Of a DNA stretch of 64,000 bases, positions 38,189 to 50,800 are shown in pieces; the stretch's first letter is position 1, and each line of letters starts with the position of its first letter. Both the position numbers and the translations under genes were made by a program. The notes under the pieces were generated by a model. It was not told where the DNA came from, did no database searches, and worked only from the letters and a program-made list of their open reading frames with translations. Source of the stretch: Octopus vulgaris (taxonomy: Eukaryota). The DNA lies in NCBI GenBank assembly GCA_951406725.2, contig OX597836.1, positions 41,106,001 through 41,170,000 of the forward strand. The letters run 5' to 3'.

Positions 38189-39265
38189 CGTACATCAAAG
38201 AATTTAGGAAGCCACAGAGTTCAAGAAGCTATCTTGACTTAAGCAAATGAGTTAGTAAATATAGAATACTTGTGTGTAAATGAATTACCCTCAGACAGGA
38301 GTTAAAAAACGGTCAGTGAGAAACTCCAGTGTCAGAAAAATAGCTGAAAGAGAAAGAAATCGACAAGCAATTCAATCGTATGCGAGAACAGTCAATAAAA
38401 ATACGGATTTTTTTTTTCTCGAGAAAAAGTCTGAAGTGCAAAAAAAAAAAACCGCTTAATCTTGATTGAGAAGAAGAAGAAGAAGAAGAAGAAGAAGGAA
38501 GAAGAAGAAGAAGAAGAAGAAGAAGAAGGAGGAGGAGAAGAAGAAGAAGAAGAAGAAGGAGGAGGAGAAGAAGAACGTACATCAAAGAATTTAGGAAGCC
38601 ACAGAGTTCAAGAAGCTATCTTGACTTAAGCAAATGAGTTAGTAAATATAGAATACTTGTGTATAAATGAATTACCCTCAGACAGGAGTTTAAAAACGGT
38701 CAGCGAGAAACTCCAGTGTCAGAAAAACAGCTGAAAGAGAAAGAAATCGACAAGCAATTCAATCGTATGCGAGAACAGTCAATAAAAATACGGATTTTTT
38801 TTTTCTCGAGAAAAAGTCTGAAGTGCAAAAAAAAAACCGCTTAATCTTGATTGAGAAGAAGAAGAAGAAGAAGGAGAAGAAGAAGAAGGAGGAGAAGAAG
38901 AAGAAGAAAAAGAAAAAGAAGAAGGAGGAGAATAAGAAGAAAAAGAAGAAGGAGGAGAAGAAGAAGAAGAAGAAGAAGGAGGAGAAGAAGAAGAAGAAGA
39001 AGAAGAAGGAGGAGAAGAAGAAGAAGAAGAAGAAGAAGAAGAAGAAGAAGGAGGAGAAGAAGAAGAAGAAGAAGAAGAAGAAGAAAAAGAAGAAGGAGGA
39101 GAAGAAGAAGAAGAAGAAGAAGGAGGAGAAGAAGAAGAAGAAGGAGGAGGAGGAGGAGGAGAAGAAGAAGAAGAAGAAAAAGAAGAAGGAGAAGAAGAAG
39201 AAGAAGAAGAAGAAGAAGAAGAAGAAGAAGAAGAAGAAGAAGAAGAAGAAGAAGAAGAAGAAGAA
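38189..39265. repeat. Tandem duplication (387-bp offset) of a 280-bp segment plus (GAA)n tract
   Basis: 38189-38468 matches 38576-38853; the GAA tracts are about 105 and 410 bp. Confidence 0.9.
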
Positions 39266-39339
39266 CGAGGCTGTGGGACAACCGGAAGAAATATTGGTTT
39301 TAAATTTTGGCACAAGGCCAGCAGGTTTTGTGGAAGGAG

Positions 39340-40275
39340 TGAGTCGATTACACCGACCCAGTGTTCATCTAGTACTTTATTTTATCATATTTCTTTACAA
39401 CCCACAAGGGGCTAAACACAGAGAGGACAAACAAGAACAGACAAACGGATTAAGTCGATTATATCGACCCCAGTGCATAACTGGTCCTTAATTTATCGAC
39501 CCCGAAAGGATGAAAGGCAAAGTCGACCTCGGCGGAATTTGAACTCAGAACGGATTAAGTCAATTATATCGACCCCAGTGCATAACTAGTCCTTAATTTA
39601 TCGACCCCAAAAGGATGAAAGGCAAAGTCGAGCTCGGCGGAATTTGAACTCAGAACGTAACGGCAGACGAAATACCTATTTCTTTACTACCCACAAGGGG
39701 CTACACACAGAGGGGACAAACAAGAACAGGCAAACGGATTAAGTCGATTATATCGACCCCAGTGCATAACTGGTCCTTAATTTATCGACTCCGAAAGGAT
39801 GAAAGGCAAAGTCAACCTCGGCGGAATTTGAACTCAGAACGTAACGGCAGACGAAATACCTGTTTCTTTACTACCCACAAAGGGCTAAACACAGCGGGGA
39901 CAAACAAGGACAGACAAACGGATTAAGTCGATTATATCGACCCCAGTACGTAACTGGTCCTTAATTTATCGACCCCGAAAGGATGAAAGGCAAAGTCAAC
40001 CTCGGCGGAATTTGAACTCAGAACGTAACGGCAGACGAAATACCTGTTTCTTTACTACCCACAAAGGGCTAAACACAGAGGGGACAAACAAGGACAGACA
40101 AACGGATTAAGTCGATTATATCGACCCCAGTACGTAACTGGTCCTTAATTTATCGACCCCGAAAGGATGAAAGGCAAAGTCGACCTAGGCGGAATTTGAA
40201 CTCAGAACGTAGCGGCAGACGAAATACGGTTACGCATTTCGCCCGGCCTGCTAACGTTTCTGCCGGCTTGCTGCT
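39340..40275 (-). mobile_element. SINE family B multimer (about 5 units)
   Basis: Junctions at 39669, 39853, 40037, plus one shortened unit. Confidence 0.88.
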
Positions 40276-40678
40276 TTAACTGGAAGAAATATTACATTAC
40301 ACAAGGATCATACAATATCAACAGGGATACCCTTGAGGTAGTAAAAGGACAACATTAGGTGAAAACAAGTACAAAGAAGAGATTTGATTATCAGTTACTG
40401 GTACAAAATGACTGACCTTATATCGAGGATATCTTATCGACATTTATTCGCCAAGTATCAATGGAAATGTAAATATATCATTCACACTCGTTGATATTTG
40501 CAGAAACAAATTTAGATTACCAAGTGTAGCTGAATGATTAGGAGTTTCCTTCCCAATCACATGGATTCGGGTTCAGTTCCGCTGCTTGGCACGTTTGGCA
40601 ACTGGAAACTGAAAGAAGCTCGTCGTGTACATGCGCGCACATACACATGTATGTATGTATGTATGTATGTATATATAT

Positions 40679-40903
40679 ACCGGAGTAAACACATAAATGT
40701 GAAACAAGGTGGAAAAAGAGTACTCAAATACCAGTGGTAGAGTAATATGCTTTATTTTAAGCAGCAGAAAATTCAACAAAATCTGTTACTCTGAGTTTCT
40801 CGTTGCCGTTCATCAGACAGTTTTTGCTAAAAACTGTCTGATGAACGGCAACGAGAAACTCAGAGTAACAGATTTTGTTGAATTTTCTGCTGCTTAAAAT
40901 AAA

Positions 40904-40904
<1 letters not shown>
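40679..40904. mobile_element. Penelope-like family H1 fragment with a perfect 76-bp-arm palindrome
   Basis: 40750-40825 is the reverse complement of 40829-40904; flanked by (TA)n. Confidence 0.8.
40834..40871 (+). ncRNA. Minimal type I hammerhead ribozyme motif (mirror copy at 40783-40820 on minus)
   Basis: CTGT-CTGATGA-ACG(GCAA)CGA-GAAAC-TCAGA-GTA-ACAG. Confidence 0.7.
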
Positions 40905-40941
<37 letters not shown>

Positions 40942-41079
40942 GTTGTATACTGTCAACTTAACATGACAGTAAGGGAATTACACTACCGCTGTTTAGCCCT
41001 AGGAAGCATCGACGCTTCCTGTCGGCCTCGACACATTTCCTGTGTCCTTATATATTTACGAAGGGGAGACAGCTAGGCC

Positions 41080-41141
<62 letters not shown>

Positions 41142-41163
41142 CATACTTTATATATACATGAGC

Positions 41164-41195
<32 letters not shown>

Positions 41196-41363
41196 AGTAC
41201 GTATATGTATGTATATATATGTATGTATGTATGTGTATGTCTATGTATATGTATGTATATATATGTATATTTCAAAGATTTAAACTAAACACAACAAAAA
41301 GAAAATTTGTAGCTTATTCTTCATCAGTCAACGTTCAAAAAGATCATTATAATTTCGCGATCG

Positions 41364-41416
<53 letters not shown>

Positions 41417-41878
41417 CATATATACATATATATTTTATACCTCTCTGTCTGTTTGTCAGTATGTATGTTTGTATGTATCTATCTATCTATATGAAAAAAG
41501 TACTGGGATCCATTCATTTGACTAAAACTCCCTCAAGGTGGCGCTGCAGCATTGCCGCGGTCTAATGATTGGAATAAATAAAAGATAAAAGATAATATAT
41601 ATATGTAAAGTTTCGAATAGAAAGAGGTTGCTTTTCACAGGGTTGTATTTTATCCAAGCATACACTAGTTTAGCACCATATCGATTAATATATTTGGAAT
41701 TCTTTAATTTGCGTTAGTATAAGTATTAACACTTATGTAGTTCCAGTAGTCGTTATAGATGTTTTCATCTATTCGATATATGAGAGCAGGATTTTAATAA
41801 TATGATATAAGGTAGATGGAGAGTTTGCACCCAGAAAAAAACATCAATTTATTTATATAATAGTCAATTTCATATCGC

Positions 41879-41967
41879 CTACGTACGTTTCAATTTCTTA
41901 CCTTCATTAATATTTTGCAGTTAAGATTGCATTATGCGTTTAAAAGGTAAAAATCTCATCAGCGCAA
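41879..41967 (-). ncRNA. Type I hammerhead ribozyme motif with long stem II and minimal palindromic stem III
   Basis: TTGCG-CTGATGA-GATTTTTACCTT...AAGGTAAGAAATT-GAAAC-GTA-CGTAG; core intact. Confidence 0.75.
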
Positions 41968-42184
41968 AAATTGACTAAAATTCATCCCCATTCACTTCCT
42001 TCTCTACTCACCTGTGGAAGGAATAAAAATGAAAATATAGCAAGAATCCATATCAATATATTTATTTAACTTCTACTTTTTAGTTGTGCGAATTTCTGTT
42101 CTTATTGCAGTTTTTATTTATTTAGATGTATTAGTTTTATTTGTTGACAGTTTAGGCTATTATATATATATTTTAGTTAAATTA

Positions 42185-42520
42185 ATTATTATACATTTAA
42201 TGGGAGTATGGTTCACTATGTATTATACGGAAAATTATAGAAAAGAAGGAAAGCCTACCATGAAAGCACTTTAAAGGTAAGCGGAAAGAAGCCAGCACTA
42301 GTTTAAGTAGATTAATTTGGGTAATCAAGGACAGAAATAAAGAATATATACTAAAGTGGGAAGTAATTAGCAGGGCAAAAGCTTATAGCACTGGAAGCAA
42401 ATGATGTGACTTGTGCGTTGAGGAAATATTCCAGATTGTTACATACAAGCACAAATTAATCAGCAATTAAAGAGAAAGAGGATTTTCTTGCCCACATAGG
42501 ATTAAATTTATGTTTAATAA
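42185..42520 (+). pseudogene. Penelope-like GIY-YIG endonuclease C-terminal relic
   Basis: STSLSRLIWVIKDRNKEYILKWEVISRAKAYSTGSK*CDLCVEE...RERGFSCPHR (KW, CxLC and CxH motifs). Confidence 0.75.
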
Positions 42521-42793
42521 ATAAAATTAAACAGAAATCATAGAATAGATATACGTCTAGTAATTTCAAATAAATATAATTAAATACGCATTATGTGAAT
42601 AAATACATAACTAGAACTTAATAATTCTATATTAATCAAATGGAAGAATGTACATTGAAACCCTTACTTTCAGCTGATTTATTAAAATAAATATTTTAAC
42701 AATTATATTAGATAAATGAACGATAGAGAACATGTTATATTCATAAGGGAAATATGAACATGTGTGTGTGTATGTGTGTGTGTGTGGCGTGTT

Positions 42794-42842
<49 letters not shown>

Positions 42843-43905
42843 GTATATATGAGTGTATGTATATATATGTATATAGGCACAGGAGTGGCTGTTTGGTAAG
42901 TAGCTTGCTAACCAACCACATGGTTCCGGGTTCAGTCCCACTGCGTGGCATCTTGGGCAAGTGTCTTCTGCTATAGCCCCGGGCCGACCAATGCCTTGTG
43001 AGTGGATTTGGTAGACGGAAACTGAAAGAAGCCTGTCGTATATATGTATATATATATAAGTGTGTGTGAATATGTTTGTGTGTCTGTGTTTGTTCCCCTA
43101 GCTTGACAACCGATGCTGGTGTGTTTACGTCCCCGTCACTTAGCGGTTCGGCAAAAGAGACCGATAGAATAAGTACTGGGCTTACAAAGAATAAGTCCCA
43201 GGGGTCGATTTGCTCGACTAAAGGCGGTGCTCCAGTATGGCCGCAGTCAAATGAATGAAACAAGTAAAAAGAGTAAAGAGAAAAAGATATCAAAATAAGC
43301 AGCAAGAATGACTCCGGTATATATATGTATATATATGAGTGTATCTGGAAAATTTCCTCAACGCACAAGTCACATCATTTGCTTCCAGTGCTATAAGCTT
43401 TTGCCCTGCTAATTACTTCCCTCTTTAGTGTATATGAGTGTATATATATGTATATATGAGTGTATTTAATAAATTTTTAAAAAATAAAATTATATTTGAA
43501 TAAGCACTTCGTGAATGCTAAAATAGATATAGGAAGTAATCTTAAAATTGTTACATACAAGCACAAATTAATCAGCAATTAAAGAGAAAGAGGATTTTCT
43601 TGCCCACATAGGATTAAATTTATGTTTAATAAATAAAATTAAACAGAAATCATAGAATAGATATACGTCTAGTAATTTCAAATAAATATAATTAAATACG
43701 CATTATGTGAATAAATACATAACTAGAACTTAATAATTCTATATTAATCAAATGGAAGAATGTACATTGAAACCCTTACTTTCAGCTGATTTATTAAAAT
43801 AAATATTTTAACAATTATATTAGATAAATGAACGATAGAGAACATGTTATATTCATAAGGGAAATATGAACATGTGTGTGTGTGTGTGTGTGTGTGTGGC
43901 GTGTT

Positions 43906-43952
<47 letters not shown>

Positions 43953-44657
43953 GTATATATGAGTGTATGTATATATATGTATATAGGCACAGGAGTGGCT
44001 GTTTGGTAAGTAGCTTGCTAACCAACCACATGGTTCCGGGTTCAGTCCCACTGCGTGGCATCTTGGGCAAGTGTCTTCTGCTATAGCCCCGGGCCGACCA
44101 ATGCCTTGTGAGTGGATTTGGTAGACGGAAACTGAAAGAAGCCTGTCGTATATATGTATATATATATAAGTGTGTGTGAATATGTTTGTGTGTCTGTGTT
44201 TGTTCCCCTAGCTTGACAACCGATGCTGGTGTGTTTACGTCCCCGTCACTTAGCGGTTCGGCAAAAGAGACCGATAGAATAAGTACTGGGCTTACAAAGA
44301 ATAAGTCCCAGGGGTCGATTTGCTCGACTAAAGGCGGTGCTCCAGTATGGCCGCAGTCAAATGAATGAAACAAGTAAAAAGAGTAAAGAGAAAAAGATAT
44401 CAAAATAAGCAGCAAGAATGACTCCGGTATATATATGTATATATATGAGTGTATCTGGAAAATTTCCTCAACGCACAAGTCACATCATTTGCTTCCAGTG
44501 CTATAAGCTTTTGCCCTGCTAATTACTTCCCTCTTTAGTGTATATGAGTGTATATATATGTATATATGAGTGTATTTAATAAATTTTTAAAAAATAAAAA
44601 TATATTTGAATAAGCACTTCGTGACTGCTAAAATAGATATAGGAAATAATCTTAAAA
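42435..44657. repeat. Near-identical 1.11-kb tandem duplication, each unit containing a SINE A (42876-43280, 43986-44390)
   Basis: Offset 1110-1112 bp; few differences. Confidence 0.92.
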
Positions 44658-44834
44658 TGAAACGTACCCTAACCATTTGCAAAAAGGCTAACTCCATACT
44701 TTAAATATATAATAATTAATTTAGCTAAAAATATCTATAATAGCTTGAACTGTCAAAAATAGGACTAATACAACTAAATAAATAAAAATTGTAATAAGAA
44801 TTGAAATAAATAAATATATTAATTTGCACTCTTG

Positions 44835-44881
<47 letters not shown>

Positions 44882-44886
<5 letters not shown>

Positions 44887-45322
44887 CACGAAACACACGT
44901 AGTCTTTTTACTAATTTAATAAGGTTTTTATAGTATATGTTTTCTATATGGTGTGAATAACATCTTTCATTATTGAATTGTTTAACAGAGGTTTTTCTCT
45001 AAATTATATATATATATGGAAAATGGAGAATTTGAACATCAGGGCAAAAACTGACTAAAATTCATCCCCATCCTAATGGATGAAGAGTTGCTTACTAACT
45101 GCAATAGCAGCATGTGTTTGTGTGTCTGTTTGGGTCAGCATTGTGCATCTCTTGGATTCCTTTCTAAAAGAGAGGGGCTAAACTACGACAACAGTGGACA
45201 ATGGTCTAGTTGTGGTTTTGAGGAACTGGGTCATACTACCATTCACCTTAATGCAATTTAGATCGGTTTTATAAAGGCTTGTTACCACTCCTTTCTCTAT
45301 TCACCTGTGCAAGGAATAAAAA

Positions 45323-45406
<84 letters not shown>

Positions 45407-45700
45407 TTTTTATTCCTTGCACAGGTGAATAGAGAAGGGAGTGGTAACCAGCCTTCAATAATGAAAGATGTTATTCACACCATATAGAAAACATATACTA
45501 TAAAAACCTTATTAAATAGTAGTAAAAAGACTACGCGTGTTTCGTGCCTATATTTACTACTATTTACTATTTATTGTTTTTGTACTTTATTGATTTTTAG
45601 AATAAGGTTTTTATAGTATATGTTTTCTATATGGTGTGAATAACATCTTTCATTATTGAATTGGTTGATAGAGGTTTTCTCTAAATTATATATATATATA
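44882..45700. repeat. Nested inverted and direct repeats around (TA)n tracts (Penelope-like terminal-repeat debris)
   Basis: 45275-45330 inverted at 45400-45455; 44882-44977 inverted at 45455-45552; 44917-45010 repeated directly at 45601-45695. Confidence 0.8.
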
Positions 45701-45782
45701 TATATATATCATATATTGTGAAATTTGATTTAAAATTACTAAATTGAATTTTTCCCTGAAAGTTTGAAATTATATTCCCTAC

Positions 45783-45900
<118 letters not shown>

Positions 45901-46278
45901 ATGTATGTATGTATATATGTATGTATGTATATATAATTGCAGTCTTGTGCTACTGATGGTAAGTTACTATTGATAGCATATAATACGTTACATCCCGCTG
46001 AATAATCGAGTCGTTGGCGACTAAAGCGGCTACCTCATCAAGCTTGCTTGGTGAGGTGGGTGAAAAACAAAACCCGTGAAAGGGCGTAGGAACACAAGAG
46101 AGTCAACGGTCATCCAATATAGTCAAGGAAATATTGTGACCACTAGTTGAAGCGAAGATAATCAGCCTAGGGAAAGGCAGTCTAGGAAAGACAGTCATTG
46201 AGATACATGAAAAAAAAAATGTTCAGCAAAGTCTGCAGCCAGCTGATACCATTTTGTACAGAAAAAAATTATGGCATA

Positions 46279-46515
46279 AGGGCGGTGAGCTGGCAGAATC
46301 GTTAGCACGCCGGGCGAAATGCTTAGCAGTATTTCGTCTGCCGTTACGTTCTGGGTTCAAATTCCGCCGAGGTCGACTTTGCCTTTCATCCTTTCGGGGT
46401 CGATAAATTAAGTACCAGTTACGCACTTGGGTCGATATAATCGACTTAATCCGTTTGTCTGCCCTTGTTCGTCCCCTCTGTGTTTAATCCCTTGTGGGTA
46501 GTAAAGAAAGAGGTA
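46279..46515 (+). mobile_element. SINE family B monomer
   Basis: Head plus one unit, ending AGAAAGAGGTA. Confidence 0.88.
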
Positions 46516-46624
46516 CATGTGTCGGTGGAATGTTCAGCCATTAATTTCACGAGCAGGCTGTTCTGTTGATCGGAACAATTGGATCATACATCGTCGTAAC
46601 CGACTGAGTGCCAGTCTTGTATGC

Positions 46625-46970
46625 ATCTACATACATGCATACATGCATACATGCATACATACATACATACATACATACATACATACATACATACATACAT
46701 ACATACATACATGCATACATACATACATACATACATGCATACATGCATACATGCATACAAACGTACATGCATACATGCATGCATACATGCATACATGCAT
46801 GCATACATACATACATACATACATGCATACATGCATACATACATACATGCATACATGCATACATACATGCATACATGCATACATACATACATACATACAT
46901 TCATACATGCATACATACATACATACATACATGCATACATACATACATACATGCATACATGCATGCATAC
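46625..46970. repeat. (TACA/TGCA)n microsatellite
   Basis: Read directly. Confidence 0.95.
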
Positions 46971-47125
46971 ATAGAAGATTACAAGTTCAAGCCATCAATG
47001 GAACTGTACGGAATTGTAATAATACCCTGTTGATGTTATTGAAATTCCAACGAAGGAGTCGTGAATGTAGGTTAGAAGCCGTTATCTTACTCCATTGGCA
47101 AAAAATCTTGAAATAAAATCGAATA
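46971..47125 (+). mobile_element. R4/Dong-like extreme 3' fragment
   Basis: RRLQVQAINGTVRNC plus a 3' UTR similar to 48670-48770. Confidence 0.5.
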
Positions 47126-47185
<60 letters not shown>

Positions 47186-47186
<1 letters not shown>

Positions 47187-47333
47187 TTTCTGTGTCCCTT
47201 TTCTATAGAAGAACGTAGGCTCGAAACGTAAAAGACTTTTTCTATTCCTGAGCGTTATACTAATACATCTGTTTGTTTTGTACACTACCTGTCTTCGTCA
47301 TGTTTTTTTCGTAAACTCTTCCTATATTTATAT
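47186..47333 (+). mobile_element. Family H2 Penelope-like fragment with atypical hammerhead-like motif
   Basis: TCTATAGAAGAAC-GTAG-GCTC-GAAAC-GTA-AAAG; paralogue of 5200-5390. Confidence 0.45.
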
Positions 47334-47473
47334 ACATGCATGCATGCATACATACATACATACATACATACAGGCATGCACGCACGCATACAAAGACATA
47401 CATACATACATACATACATGCATACATACATACATACATACATACATACATACATACAGACATACATACATAT

Positions 47474-47504
<31 letters not shown>

Positions 47505-47550
47505 CATACATACATACATACATACATACATACATACATACATACATACA

Positions 47551-47865
47551 ACGGATGTTAACATAAGGGTGAAGAGAACACCTATGCTGGACTATTGAGA
47601 AATCTGCAGTTACTCTTTCCAAATTACAAGTTCAGGTTCATACCTGTAATTATGAGACCCTGGGATATGTAACACACAGTCTAGATATCAATCTTCTCAA
47701 AACCAGGCAGGAGGAAGCTGATTCTAAGACTACATGATCCAAGCCATTACTGGAACTGTAAAAATCTGTAAAATCTTCCAGAAGTTTATCATTACATACA
47801 TATGAACACGTCTAGATATGCATGTATATGCACGAGACTACATACATAAAACAAAACATACACGT
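47551..47865 (+). mobile_element. R4/Dong-like 3' fragment after (TACA)n; 3' UTR resumes at ~48225-48260 and 48670-48770
   Basis: ENTYAGLLRNLQLLFPNYKFRFIPVI..LGYVTHSL...IQAITGTVKICKIFQKF. Confidence 0.65.
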
Positions 47866-47867
47866 CT

Positions 47868-50800
47868 GCAATGGCCCAGTGGTTAGGGCAGCGGACTCGC
47901 GGTCGTAGGATCGCGGTTTCGATTCCCAGACCGGGCGTTGTGAGTGCTTATTGAGCGAAAACACCTAAAGCTCCACGAGGCTCTGCTGTACTCTTTCACC
48001 ACAACTTTCTCTCACTCTTACTTCCTGTTTCTGTTGTACCTGTATTTCAAAGGGCCGGCCTTGTCACTCTCTGTGTCACGCTGAATATCCCCGAGAACTA
48101 CGTTAAGGGTACACGTGTCTGTGGAGTGCTCAGCCACTTACACGTTAATTTCACGAGCAGGCTGTTCCGTTGATTCGGATCAACCGGAACCCTCATCGTC
48201 GTAACCGACGGAGTGCTTCCATCCATCCACATACATACAAAAATATGCTGTTGCTGTTTGTTTGTTGAGCGAAGCGGTCTTCGTCCCAGAGCTCGCAAGA
48301 TCGCGCCTCGGGATAGTCTGTAGTGGTAGAAGTACGAAACGTGGTCCTTTGCTATTCGTAAGACCCGCAGAAGAGAAAGCAGGGGTCAACCCCCGACACC
48401 GAGAGCATCGACGGATGGACGGATGCGCATCCAGGCTCAGCGGTTGCGTAGGAAGTCGGGGACAAGAAACAGGAAGAAAGAGTGAGAGAAAGTTGGAGCG
48501 AAAGTCGAAAGTCGAAAGAATACAACAAGGATCACCCCCCCTGCTGGAGCCTTGTGGAGCTTTAGGTGTTTTCGTTCAATAAACACACACAACGCCCGGT
48601 CTGGGAATCGAAACCGCGCTCCTCCGACCGCGAGTCCGCTGCCCTAACCACTGGGCCATTGCGCCTCCACTGCTGTTGCTGTTGAAATTCCAAGGAGCCT
48701 TGGACCTAGGTTAGAAACTGGATCTTTCTCAATTGGTAAGAAATCTTGAAATAAAACTAAACGATGTCACACATATACATGCTTGCTTATCAGCCGAGGA
48801 CCATGCATATTTACGTTGTCTGTAAACTTCAAAGCGATAGCAACATGCAGAGTAGACTATCTTGGGCCAACAACCAGTATATAAGCTTTCACTTTGAAAG
48901 TTTAGACTTTCGCAATGAATGAAATACTTGATGCACTAAAGAGATAAGGATAAAAACAAAACATCCAGGTTTGATTACGGTGGAATTAACACCGAATATA
49001 CGGCCCATATCGTAAGGAGATGTCCTCAAATGTCATCACGAAACTCTCAACCTTTAAGGTACGATATATTGGCCTAAATATTATATAATGCAAGTGAGGC
49101 ATCAGCTGGCAAAAGGCGGTGGGTTTGGAAGAATGGATAGCACGCCTGGCAAAATGCTTAGCGACATCTCGCCCGTCTTTACGTTCTGGATTCATATGCC
49201 GGTGGGGGTCGACTTTACTTCTCTTCCTTTCGAAGTCGATAAAGGGAAGAAGAAAGAACAGTTCAGAGTTTAGAACTGTGGATAAACGTCATCATTGGCC
49301 CTATGCTGCATAGTAATTAGGGAACAGAAAAAGAATGTGTGTATAGTAGCGGACATCAGTTGTTCAGGAGATGTTAACATAAGATTGGCTTCTGACTGGG
49401 GTGCGTGTTGTGTTCTTGAGCAAGACACTTTATTTCACATTGCTCCAGTTAACTCAGCTGCAGAAATGAGTTGTGATGTCACTGGTGCCAAGCTGTATCG
49501 GCCCCTTTGCCTTTCCCTTGGATAACACTGGCGGCGCGGAGAGCGAAGGCTGGTATGCATGGCGGCTGCTGGTCCTCTATGAACAACCTTGCCCAGAATT
49601 GTGCCTCGGAGGGTAACGTTCTAGTCACAATTCCATGGTCATACATGACCGAAGAGGGTCTTTACCTTAGGGCCTAGTGCATTGATTTGCCTGCAGGCCT
49701 ACAATGCTGCTAAAACAGCCCTTCGAATCTTTCAGCTTCCATAGCAATGGCTCAAGAGCCAGCACGTACAGACGGGGTGACAGTGGTCGTCATTGACAGA
49801 CCTAAACGAAGACGATAGCTGGCCATTTACATAGACCACCCAGCAGATGTCGCTGAATATCGTAGCGATCCAGCCTCTATAAAGCAGCACTGGTATCTGG
49901 GAGTCTGCTGTGATCTGCGGTGTTGCAGTAATGTTGTGTAGTGTTGTGGAGGCGCAATGGCCCAGTGGTTAGGGCAGCGGACTCGCGGTCATAGGATCGC
50001 GGTTTCGATTCCCAGACCGGGCGTTGCGAGTGTTTATTGAGCGAAAACAACTAAAAGCTCCACGAGGCTCCGGCAGGGATGGTGGTGATCCCTGCTGTAC
50101 TCTTTCACCACAACTTTCTCTCAATCTTACTTCCTGTTTTTGTTGTACCTGTAATTTCAAAGGGCCGGCCTTGTCACTCTCTGTGTCACGCTGAATATCC
50201 CCGAGAACTACGTTAAGGGTGCACGTCTCTGTGGAGTGCTCAGCCACTTACACGTTAATTTCACGAGCAGGCTGTTCCGTTGATTCGGATCAACCGGAAC
50301 CCTCATCGTCGTAACCGACGGAGTGCTTCCATGTGTAGTGTTGTTACAATGAGCTGTTGTATTCTCGTAGCATTCTGGCAGTGTTGGAGGTGGAGTGTCA
50401 CAGCAGTGTTTTAAAGACGTTATAGGGATGTTCTGGAGAAATATTGGGATCTTTTCGGTTTGAACGGCAGTTTTTTCTAGCGGTGTCATATGAAATTGTC
50501 ACCCATAATTATGACCCTAGAATCGATCTATTGCATTTCAATCTGTTTTAGGGTTAGGGGTGGGGGGAAGGGTATATTTTTTTCTTCACAAATGTAAATA
50601 AATCCAATCTGTTTCTTAAACGAGGGACATATTCATACGGCACAGAAAGCTTTTTAACTCAATAGACGTCACTGATTAGTTGAAATTGCAGAAATGGAAG
50701 AAAAACAAAAACAAATATCTTACAAACTATAGAATTTTCTCAATAAAGCCAAGAGAAAAAGATGTTTTATAAACACATTCTACCAGTATACGAAGTTTAA

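Noticed and set aside
42400-42410. In-frame TGA before CDLC as selenocysteine recoding
   Set aside because: The position is normally a basic residue (K-R-C-x-L-C), so a point mutation from an Arg codon explains it, and the relic has other stops.
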